From: Scyliorhinus canicula
Taxonomy: Eukaryota
DNA length: 64,000 nucleotides
Reading direction: 5' to 3'
Assembly: GCF_902713615.1 (NCBI RefSeq)
Contig: NC_052161.1
Span: 2,252,892-2,316,891 of the forward strand
Part shown: piece after piece, positions 52,001-62,512 of the stretch
Layout: each line of letters begins with the position of its first letter
Position numbering within the stretch: the stretch's first letter is position 1
Translations under genes and position numbers: made by a program
Notes under the pieces: generated by a model
The model's input: the letters and a program-made list of their open reading frames with translations, nothing else
The model's database searches: none
What the model was told of the DNA's origin: nothing

Positions 52001-52110
52001 TCTTGGACTTGCCAGAGTTGGGGATAGGAGCGGGGGACAGATGTTTTAGCCTTTGCCTCATTTGCTCACAGGCGGGTCCTGTTGGGGTGGAGGTCAGCTT
52101 CTCTCCCACC
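49090..52110 (+). mobile_element. Decayed L1-like ORF2 C-terminal fragment inflated by an internal minisatellite
   Basis: KWEEELG...; CGQC...HVFWSC zinc-knuckle motif at about 51850-51905. Confidence 0.7.
49440..51725. repeat. 21/26-bp G-rich minisatellite (two blocks, 49440-49665 and 49880-51725)
   Basis: gtgctggaggagggggtg... Confidence 0.95.
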
Positions 52111-52525
52111 CCCCAACCCTGTCCGGGTTAAATGGCGGAGCAGATCCAGGGACGGAGTGGCTACTCCTGCACCTTGTTCATATGTTCATATTTCAAATTC
52201 TTCTTTTAAATTCCACCACGGCCTCGATCCATCCCAGTCTTTGTAACCCCCTCCAACCCTACAAAGCTCTGATTGCAGGATCTTGCCCTTCTCCCCTGCC
52301 TCCCCCTCACTGCTGGCAATGAGTTTTCAGGCAACTAGGTGGACTGGACGAGTGCCACGTTGCTGTCATTTTAAGCTTCACACCTCCCTCCTGACCCTTG
52401 TGCACCCAGTTCTTGCTGGGTGAAGGGGCAAGAGGTTAAAATTGGGGCATTAATGATACTGGATCCTGACCTTGTGGGAATGACAGTGAGGGGTCAGGGC
52501 TATGTGTCTGGCATTGTCCAGAGTG

Positions 52526-52603
52526 CAGCTGTACACTTCCCACATTTTAACCTGCTGTTTGTAAGGATTGGGAAATCAAGGGGAGTGTGTGTGTGTATAT
52601 AGA
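52526..52603 (+). promoter_or_regulatory. Candidate pancreatic lipase promoter: E-box CAGCTG + TC-box (PTF1-type site), second TC-box TGGGAAA, TATATAGA
   Basis: CAGCTG 52526-52531, CTTCCCA 52536-52542, TGGGAAA 52569-52575, TATA 52596-52603. Confidence 0.55.
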
Positions 52604-52624
52604 GAGAGAGCAGCAGTGGGCAAC

Positions 52625-52656
52625 ACTGACACAGCTGAATCCGTGCCTTGGAGATG
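52625..52656 (+). other. Candidate short first exon of the lipase gene ending ATG|GTGAGT
   Basis: consensus donor at 52657, about 55 nt after the TATA; start approximate. Confidence 0.5.
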
Positions 52657-53167
52657 GTGAGTCTTTCCTGTAACATATGTCACTTTTGCCAATGACTAAA
52701 AGACAGTGAAGTTACTACTTGGGAGCGTGCGGAAGGTTCGGGTCGATAGTTAGAACAGCAGCACTAGCAGGAGAGCCGGTAACCAGAGGTTTATCATCGA
52801 TAATTAAATAACCAGCATGGAGATGAGGAAAGAGATGGGAAAGTTATTGTGTCAGGAAGGCGATGTCTGAAAGGACGGTGGAGGCAGATTCAACAGTAAC
52901 TTTCAAAATGGATAAAGACTTGGAAGGAAAAGAAAACATTTGCTGGGTGATGAGGAACATGCAGGAAAGTGGGACTGATGGGATAGACCGAGAATAGGCA
53001 TGATGGGCCAAATGGCCGCTTGTGCTGATTATTCTATGATTCGATAACTTGGAAAAACAGCAAAATAAAGGGAGCAATAAAGATTAGAGTGGACTGCATT
53101 GCCGAAAGGAATTTTTAATCTTATATTCCTGAAAAGGGAATATGGGAGGGGGGGGGGGGGGGGGGGG

Positions 53168-54862
53168 CGAGGATGGAGGGAGGGTGAGGATGGAGGGGGT
53201 GAGGATTGAGGGCAGTGAGGATGGAGGGAGTGAGGATGGAGGGAGGGTGAGGATGGAGGGAGGGTGAGGATGGAGGGGGTGAGGATGGAGGGGTGAGGAT
53301 GGAGGGGGTGAGGATGGAGGGGGTGAAGATGGAGGGGGTGAGGATGGAGGGGGTGAGGATGGAGGGGGTGAGGATGGAGGGGGTGAGGATGGAGGTGGTG
53401 AGGATGGAGGGGGTGAGGATGGAGGGGGTGAGGATGGAGGGGGTGAGGATGGAGGGGGGGTGAGGATGGAGGTGGTGAGGATTGAGGGCGGTGAGGATGG
53501 AGGGGGTGAGGATGGAGGGGGTGAGGATGGAGGGGGATGAGGATGGAGGGGGTGAGGATGGAGGGGGTGAGGATGGAGGGGGTGAGGATGGAGGGGGTGA
53601 GGATGGAGGGGGTGAGGATGGAGCGGGTGAGGATGGAGGGGGTGAGGATGGAGGGGGTGAGGATAGAGGGGGTGAGGATGGAGGGGGTGAGGATGGAGGG
53701 AGTGAGGATGGAGGGGGTGAGGATGGGGGTGAGGATGGAGGGGGTGAGGATGGAGGGGGTGAGGATGGAGGGGGTGAGGATGGAGGGTGTGAGGATGGGG
53801 GTGAGGATGGAGGGGGTGAGGATGGAGGGGGTGAGAATGGAGGGTGTGAGGATGGGGGTGAGGATGGAGGGGGTGAGGATGGAAGGGGTGAGGATGGGGG
53901 TGAGGATGGAGGGTGAGGATGGAGGGCGGTGAGGATGGGGGTGAGGATGGAGGGGGTGAGGATGGGGGTGAGGATGGAGGGGGTGAGGATGGGGAGTTTA
54001 GGATGAAGGGGTTTAGGATGGAGGGAGGCGAAGATGGAGAGAGTGAAGACTGAGGGCGGTAAGGATTGAGGGTGGTGAAGATTGAGGGCAGTGAGGATGG
54101 AGGGGTGAGGATGGAGGGGGTGAGGATAGAGGGGGTGAGGATGGAGCGGGTGAGGATGGAGGGGGTGAGGATGGAGTGGGTGAGGATGGAGGGGGTGAGG
54201 ATGGAGGGGGTGAGGATGGAGGGAGTGAGGATGGAGGGGGTGAGGATGGGGGGGTTAGGATGGAGGGGGTGAGGATGGAGGGTGAGGATGGAGGGTGAGG
54301 ATGGAGGGTGAGGATGGGGGTTTAGGATGAAGGGGGTTAGGATGGAGGGAGGCGAAGATGGAGAGAGTGAAGACTGAGGGCGGTAAGGATTGAGGGTGGT
54401 GAGGATTGAGGGCAGTGAGGATGGAGGGGGTGAGGATGGAGGGGGTGAGGATGGAGGGGGTGAGGATAGAGGGGGTGAGGATAGAGGTGGTGAGGATGGA
54501 GGGGGTGAGGATGGAGGGGGTGAGGATGGAGGGGGTGAGGATGGAGGGGGTGAGGATGGAGGGGTGAGGATGGAGGGGGTGAGGATGGAGGGGGTGAGGA
54601 TAGAGGGGGTGAGGATAGAGGGGGTGAGGATTGAGGGCGGTGAGGATGGTGGGGGTGAGGATGGAGGGGTGAGGATGGAGGGGGTGAGGATGGAGGGAGT
54701 GAGGATGGAGGGGGTGAGGATAGAGGGGGTGAGGATTGAGGGCGTTGAGGATAGAGGGGGTGAAGATTGAGGGCGGTGAGGATAGAGGGGGTGAGGATTG
54801 AGGGCGGTGAGGATAGAGGGGGTGAGGATTGAGGGCGATGAGGATTGAGGGCAGTGAGGATG
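53168..54862. repeat. 15-bp G-rich minisatellite (gaggatggagggggt)n
   Basis: direct tandem repeat; lies in the putative lipase intron 1. Confidence 0.96.
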
Positions 54863-55323
54863 AAATGCCCTCTGAAATAGTCGAGCAAGACCCAGTCCAA
54901 GGGCAATTTGGGATGGACAATAAATGCTGGTTAAAAGCAAATTACTGCGAATCTGAAACGAAAGAGAAAATGCTGGAAAATCTCAGCAGGTCTGTCAGCA
55001 TCTGTAGGGAGAGAAAAGAGCCAATGTTTCGAGTCCAGATGACCCTTTGTCAAAGCTAACAGGCAGAGACTATGCTGGTCTCACCTGCGTCACCCACCCC
55101 ATTTATGAATTTAAAAAATCAACCTCAGATTGAAGCTGTGACAATGAATGAGTAATAACTGAAAGGCTCCGTTAAGCACACGGACATTTCCACCACATTA
55201 CACGGTTCGAAGCTAATATGTTTCCAAAGATGAAAGTAATTTTGTAAATGAGGAATATTCTGTGTATTACACTTGTTGCTGATTGGTGCTGTGATGATCC
55301 TGTTAACTACATTTCTCTTCCAG

Positions 55324-55372
55324 ATGTTGAAGTTCTGGCTACCCCTGGCCATCTTGCTCAACCGAGTCACTG
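55324..55372 (+). CDS. Pancreatic lipase family (PNLIP/PNLIPRP-like) signal-peptide exon MLKFWLPLAILLNRVT
   Basis: tttctcttccag|ATG, 49 nt, G|GTTAGT phase 1, joins the next exon in frame. Confidence 0.8.
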
Positions 55373-55723
55373 GTTAGTAACATTTTCTATTGCTGGTAAT
55401 GTTCGAAGTGGAGGTTATCAGCTGCCTCTACACACTCAGCCAAAGAGTGTGGACACGATCCTGGTGCGTCTCTTCCTGAATTGCTCACTCGGAGGTGGTG
55501 AGATCAAATCCCAGCAGGAAAAGTTGGGAAAGTGAATTCAGGAGGTGACTGCAAATTGCTGATCATTCTGCAAACTAGCGAGTTTCCCAACATATCCATT
55601 CAGGAAGGAACCCAAAGCCAGTCTGGCCTCTCAGTCACTCCGAACACTCTGTCCTCAGGGTGATATGGGAGGGGAAATCTTGTCACTGTAACCCATACAA
55701 ATAATTTAAAATAAAATGACTCG

Positions 55724-57012
55724 GCAGGTACAGCACACCGTTAAAAACAGAGTAAAGCTCCCTCCACACTGTCCCCATCAAACACTCCCAGGACAGGTAC
55801 AGCACACCGTTAAAAACAGAGTAAAGCTCCCTCCACACTGTCCCCGTCAAACACTCCCAGGACAGGTACAGCACGGGGTTAGATACAGAGTAAAGCTCCC
55901 TCTACACTCTCCCCATCAAACACGCCCAGGACAGGTACAGCACGGGGTTAGATACAGAGTAAAGCACCCTCTACACTGTCCCCATCAAACACTCCCAGGA
56001 CAGGTACAGCACGGGGTTAGATACAGAGTAAAGCTCCCTCTACGCTGTCCCCATCAAACACTCCCAGGACAGGTACAGCACGGGGTTAGATACAGAGTAA
56101 AGCTCCCTCTACACTGTCCCCATCAAATACTCCCAGGACAGGTACAGCACAGGGTTAATACAGAGTAAAGCTCCCTCTACACTGTCCCCATCAAATACTC
56201 GCAGGACAGGTACATCACGGGGTTAGATACAGAGTAAAGCTCCCTCTACACTGTCCCCATCAAACACTCCCAGGACAGGTACAGCACGGGGTTAGATACA
56301 GAGTAAAGCTCCCTCTACGCTGTCCCCATCAAACACTCCCAGGACAGGTACAGCACGGGGTTAGATACAGAGTAAAGCTCCCTCTACACTGTCCCCATCA
56401 AACACTCCCAGGGCAGGTACAGCACGGGGTTAGATACAGAGTAAAGCTCCCTCTGCACTGTCCCCATCAAACACTCCCAGGACAGGTACAGCACCGGGGT
56501 TAGATACAGAGTAAAGCTCCCTCTACATTTCCCCATCAAACACTCCCAGGACAGGTACAGCACGGGGTTAGATACAGAGTAAAGCTCCCTCTGCACTGTC
56601 CCCATCAAACACTCCCAGGACAGGTACAGCACGGGGTTAGATACAGAGTAAAGCTCCCTCTACACTGTCCCCATCAAACACTCCCAGGACAGGTACAGCA
56701 CGGGGTTAGATACAGAGTAAAGCTCCCTCTACATTTCCCCATCAAACACTCCCAGGACAGGTACAGCACGGGGTTAGACACAGAGTAAAGCTCACTCTGC
56801 ACTGTCCCCATCAAACACTCCCAGGACAGGTACAGCACGGGGTTAGATACAGAGTAAAGCTCCCTCTACACTGTCCCCATCAAACACTCCCAGGACAGGT
56901 ACAGCACGGGGTTAGATACAGAGTAAAGCTCCCTCTACATTTCCCCATAAAACACTCCCAGGACAGGTACAGCACGGGGTTAGATACAGAGTAAAGCTCC
57001 CTCTACATTTCC
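55724..57012 (-). repeat. 69-bp satellite array 4 (about 18 units, inverted)
   Basis: reverse complement of the same unit. Confidence 0.97.
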
Positions 57013-57030
57013 CCGAACAAACACTTGGGA

Positions 57031-57700
57031 CATAAGAACATAAGAACTAGGAGCAGGAGTAGGCCATCTGGTTCCTCGAGCCTGCTCCGCCATTCAATGA
57101 GATCATGGCTGATCTTTTGTGGACTCAGCTCCACTTTCCGGCCTGAACACCATAACCCTTAGTCCCTTTATTCTTCAAAAAACTATCTATCTTTGCCTTG
57201 AAAACATTTAATGAAGGAGCCTCAACTGCTTCACTGGGCAAGGAATTCCATAGATTCTACAACCCTTTGGGTGATGAAGTTCCTCCTAAACCCAGTCCTA
57301 AATCTACTTCCCCTTATTTGAGGCTATGTCCCCTAGTTCTGCTGTCACCCACCAGTGGAAAGAACCTGTCCGCATCTATCCTATCTATTCCCTTCATAAT
57401 TTTATACGTTTCTCTAAGATCCCCCCTCATCCTTCTAAATTCCAACGAGTACAGTCCCAGTCTACTCAACCTCTCCTCATAATCCAACCCCCTCAGCTCT
57501 GGGATTAACCTAGTGAATCTCCTCTGCACACCCTCCCGTGCCAGTACGTCCTTTCTCAAGTAAGGAGACCAAAACTGAACACAATACTCCAGGTGTGGCC
57601 TCACTAACACCTTATACAGTTGCAGCATAACCTCCCTAGTCTTCAACTCCATCCCTCTAGCAATGAAGGACAAAAATCCATTTGCCTTCTTAATCACCTC
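57031..57700 (-). mobile_element. CR1 3' fragment
   Basis: LYKVLVRPHLEYCVQFWSP; cataagaa repeats at the tail. Confidence 0.85.
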
Positions 57701-60014
57701 ACAATCATTGGTATAGAATCACAGAATCACAGAATAATACAGTGCAGAAAAGGCCCTTCGGCCCATCGAGTCTGCACCTACACATGAAAGCCCCTGACCT
57801 GCCCACCTAATCCCATTTGCCAGCACTTGGCCCATAGCCTTGAATGTTATGACGTTGCCAAGTCCTCATCCAGGTACTTGTTAAAGGATGTGAGGCAACC
57901 TGCCTCTACCACCCTCCAGGCAGTGCGTTCCAGACCGTCACCACCCTCTGGGTCAAAGAGTTTTTCCTGAAGTCTCCCCTAAACCTCCCACCCCTCACTT
58001 TGAACTTTTGCCTCCTCGTAACTGACCCTTCAACTGAGGGTAACAGCTGCTCCCTATCCGCCCTGTCCATGCCCCTCAGAATCCTGTCCACCTCGATCAG
58101 GTCACCCCTCAGTCTTCTCTGCTCCAGCTAAAACAACCCAAGCCTATCCAACCTCTCTTTGTAACTGAAATGTTCCATCCCAGCAACATCCTGGTGAATC
58201 CCCTCTGCACCCCCTCCAGTACAATCACATCCTTCCGATATTGTCTTGACTAGAATTACACACAGTGCTCCAGCTGTGACCTCACCAAAGCTCGATACAA
58301 CTCCAATATGACCGCCCTGCTTGTGTAATCTATGCCCCGATTGATAAAGCGAGTATCCCAGATGCCTTTTTCACCTCCCTATTAACCTGCCCTTCTGCCA
58401 TCGGAGATCTATGGACAAACACACCAAGGTCCCTTTCTTCCTCGGAACTTCCCAGTGTCAGGCCATTCAGTGAATACTTCCTTGTCAAATTACTCCTTCA
58501 AACGTTTATCATCTCAATTTTCAGGGTTAAATTTCATCTGCCACTTATCCGCCCATTTGACCATCCCGTCGATTTCCTCCCAAGACTCTCAGCCTCACTG
58601 TTAATCACCTGGTTAATCTTTGTGTCATCCGTAAACTTACTGATCCTACCCCCCACATAGTCATCTATGTCATTTATATAAATGACAAACAATAGGGGGC
58701 CCAGCACAGATCCCTGTGGTACCCCACTGGACACTGGCTTCCATTCACTAAAGCAGCCGTCTGTCATCGCCCTCTGTCTCCTACAGCTCAGCCAATTATG
58801 AATCCACTGTATCAAGTTATCCCATATCCCAATGTGCATTTGCCTTCTTAATAGGTTTCCCATGTAACCTTGTCAAAGGCTTTGCTGAAATTCATGTAAA
58901 CCACATCAACTACACTACCCTCATCTATACACTTGGTTACATGCTCAAAAAAAATCTCAACCAAATTTGTTAGCCATGACCTCCCTCTGACAAAGCCATG
59001 CTGACTATTCCTGAACAAACCTTGCCTCTCCAAGTGGAGATAGATTCTCTCCTTCAGAATCTTCTCCAGTAGTTTCCCAACCACTGAAGTGAGACTCACT
59101 GGTCTGTAGATCCCTGGCTTATCTCTACGACCCTTCTTAAATAGTGAGACCACATTAGCTGTTCTCCAGTCCTCTAACACCTCCCCCGTGGCCAGAGAGG
59201 AATTAAAAATTTGGGTCAGAGCCCCTGCAATCTCTTCCCTTATCTCCTACAGCAGCCTGGGACAGAATTCCTCTGGACCTTGGAGATTTGTCTACTTTTA
59301 AGTCTGTCAACACCTCCAATACCTTATCCCGCAAACAAAGAACAAAGAAACGTACAGCACACGATCAGGCCCTTCGGCCCTCCAAGCCTGTGCTGACCAT
59401 GCTGCCCATCGAAATTAAAATCTTCTACACTTCCTGTGTCCGTATCCCTCTATTCCCATCCTATTCATGTATTTGTCAAGATGCCCTTAAACATCACTAT
59501 CGTCCCTGCCTCCACCACCTCCTACGGCAGCGAGTTCCAGGCACCCACTACCTTCTGTGTAAAAAACTTGCCTCGTACATCTCCTCTAAACCTTGCCCCT
59601 CGCACCTTAAACCTATGCCCCCTAGTAATTGACCCCTCTACCCTGGGAAAAAGCCTTTGACTATCCACTCTGTCTATGCCCCTCATAATTTTGTAGACCT
59701 CTATCATGTTGCCTCTCAACCTCCGTTGTTCCAGTGAGAACAAACCGAGTTTATTCAACCGCTCCTCATAGCTACTGCCCTCCATACCAGGCAACATCCT
59801 GGCAAATCTCTTCTGCACCCTCTCTAAAGCCTTCACATCCTTCTGGTAGTGTGGCGACCAGAATTGAACACCATACTCCAAGTGTGGCCTAACTAAGGTT
59901 CTATACAGCTGCAACATGACTTGCCAATTTTTATACTCAATGCCCCGGCCAATGAAGGCAAGCATGCCGTATGCCTTCTTGACTACCTTCTCCACCTGTG
60001 TTGCCCTTTTCAGT

Positions 60015-60266
60015 CATGATGTGGAGATGCCGGCGTTGGACTAGGGTGAGCACAGTAAGAAGTCTTACAACACCAGGTTAAAGTCCAACAGGTTTGTTTC
60101 AAACACGAGCTTTCGGAGCACGGCTCCTTCTTCAGGTGAATCTTGATTTCATTTCATTTCATTTTGGGATATTTGACATTCACCTGAAGAAGGAGCCGTG
60201 CTCCGAAAGCTCGTGTTTGAAACAAACCTGTTGGACTTTAACCTGGTGTTGTAAGACTTCTTACTG
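60015..60266. mobile_element. Penelope-like inverted-repeat element with hammerhead motifs
   Basis: perfect 92-bp IR 60050-60141/60178-60269; 13-bp TSD tgcccttttcagt (60002-60014, 60267-60279). Confidence 0.75.
60181..60215 (+). ncRNA. Minimal type-I hammerhead ribozyme motif (mirror copy on minus at 60104-60138)
   Basis: CAC-CUGAAGA-A-GGAGC(CGU)GCUCC-GAAA-GC-UC-GUG. Confidence 0.7.
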
Positions 60267-60632
60267 TGCCCTTTTCAGTGACAGATGGCAATAACGCCCT
60301 ATGGCAATATTGCTCCCTATTGCTCAATAACCTCACAGTCTCTCTGCCCTAGTTCCATAACCACCTCCTCATTCTCTCGGGTGAAGACAGATGTGAAATA
60401 TTCGTTCAACACCCCACCAATGTTCTCTGGCTCCACCCACAGATCTCCCCCTTGGTCTTCAATGGTCCCTACTCTTTCCCGATTATCCTCTTCCCATTAA
60501 CATACTTATAAAATATCTTGGGATTTTCCCTACTTTTACCAGTCAGAGCTCTCTCATATCCCTTCTTTGCCCTTCCTAATTGATTTCTTCAGCTCCATCC
60601 TGCACTTTCTGTACTCCACTAACTCCACTGGC

Positions 60633-61229
60633 AGGGGCTGGTTTAGCACACTGGGCTAAATCGCTGGCTTTTAAAGCAGACCAAGGCAGGCCAGCAGCAC
60701 GGTTCAATTCCCGTAATAGCCTCCCCGAACAGGCGCCGGAATGTGGCAACTAGGGGCTTTTCACAGTAACTTCATTTGAAGTCTACTTGTGACAATAAGC
60801 GATTTTCATTTCATTTCATTTTGGATATTTGACTAAGTTAAAGGTGCTATATGAACACACGTTGTTATTATATAACATACTGAAATATTTAACAAACTTA
60901 TCAGAAAACATGCAAGTTCCACTTGACTGAATCTGGGTCTGTAAACTCTGTTCGGATACCGAACACGAACCTCAAACAATTTTTAATTTGTAAAACAGTG
61001 AGGAAAGGATATTTCACCCCGGGAGCGATAACTCTGACTAATGGGTATCTGTTATGTTAAAATGAAATGAAAATCGCTTATTGTCACGAGTAGGCTTCAA
61101 ATGAAGTTACTGTGAAAAGCCCCTAGTCGCCACATTCCGGCGCCTGTTCGGGGAGGCTGGTACGGGAATCGAACCATGCTGCTGGCCTGCCTTGGTCTGC
61201 TTTACAAGCCAGCGATTTAGCCCAGTGCT
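60633..61229. mobile_element. Two type-2 SINEs tail-to-tail (60633-60820 plus; 61060-61229 minus); further pieces at about 20505-20610 and 26281-26457
   Basis: GGGGCTGGTTTAGCAC head, (TTTCA)n tail. Confidence 0.8.
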
Positions 61230-62193
61230 AAAAAGCAAACTTTAATTTAAACACTTTAGTTTAATTAAATTAATTAAACTTTAATTTAATTTAAAAATCC
61301 TTCTGTCTTGTCAGACTAAAATCCTCTAAAATCTTCTAACAGACTGCAAAGCTTCAGACATCCCTAGCTCCTCCCATTCATTATAGTTTCTTTATTTGTC
61401 CATGGGCATCGCTGGCTGGGCCGGCATTTATTGCCCATTCCTGAGGGCATTTAATAGTCAAGCGCATTGCTGTGGATCTAGAGTCACATGTCAGGGTAAG
61501 GATGGCAGATTTCCTTCCCTAAAGGGCATTAGTGAATCACAAGGGGTTTTACAACAATTGACAACGGTTTCCAGATTAATTTCCTTTTAATTCCAGATTA
61601 TTTTTTAATTGAATTCAAAATTCATTATCTGTCATTGTGGGATTCGAAACCAGAGCATTACTCTGGATCTCAGGAGTCCAGTGACAATCCCACGACGCCA
61701 CCAGCTCCCCGTATATAATCTGTATCCCATTAAGATGTTTCATGACCTGCTTAGCTAGAACTAAACACCATTCCCTCATAAATTATCTCCAGCAATCAAA
61801 ACAATAACCCATTAGCCATCTATATGTAAACAGTAAATGGTTAGAAACCATGGTTCCCTCACTTTTTATGCTTCATTAATTGCAGCTTTAGTAGACACAC
61901 TGCCCGGGTGTATTTTGAGTAAAGGTTTTTAATAACATTACTGACACGGATATGAAATATAATGCATAACAGTTTCTACATTCATCACACTAGCACAGTA
62001 ATATCATCCCACATGACCCAGACTGTGGGTACACTGCAGACTGGGACATGCTGCCGTCAGTTGGCACGATGTCATTCATACTGCAGGGGATGTATTTGAC
62101 ATTGTGGGAGGTACATTTCAGCCTGTGCATTTTATTGCCTTTCTCACTGACTCTCAATTATCTATCTCCTGTGAACACTACGTTTTGGTGAAG

Positions 62194-62348
62194 CGGAGGG
62201 AATTTGCTATGACAGACTCGGCTGCTTCCCAGGAGGGTCTCCATGGACAGGGACAAAGGAGAGGCCTGGAATCAAGCTCCCCTGGAGCCCGGAAAAGATC
62301 AACACCCATTTCCAACTGTACACCAGGCAGAACCCGAACATTTATCAG
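62194..62348 (+). CDS. Pancreatic lipase family exon (AEGICYDRLGCFPGGSPWTGTKERPGIKLPWSPEKINTHFQLYTRQNPNIYQ); gene continues right of the window
   Basis: CY.RLGCF..PW...LPWSP..INT.F.LYT..NP signature of the pancreatic lipase N-terminus; 155 nt, AG/GT. Confidence 0.88.
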
Positions 62349-62512
62349 GTAGAGTCACTTTCATAAAGAACAACTGCATGAAGACAACTCCAACAGCAGT
62401 GAAACAACTCGCAGCAACTAGACTCTGCAAAACACATCTTGAATGCAACTTATTAAATGCTGCATTTCAGCAACACTGAGGCAGAGAACATAGAATATTC
62501 ACCAGAATAGCA

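Larger units (their letters stand above)
57713..60630 (-). mobile_element. Older CR1 (57713-59330, resuming at about 60316) interrupted by a younger CR1 (about 59332-60014) and the hairpin element
   Basis: RT motifs; the two halves are colinear with the uninterrupted CR1 at about 4180-4620. Confidence 0.8.

Noticed and set aside
43671-54940. Long ORFs up to 1020 aa (GIVGYWG, PAPTPPP, HPHPL, mucin/extensin-like)
   Set aside because: Open in several frames because of repeat composition; no unique coding flanks or splice context.
62048-62110. Alternative lipase signal exon MLPSVGTMSF...
   Set aside because: Phase 0 does not fit the 155-nt phase-1 exon and the donor is weak; 55324-55372 fits better.
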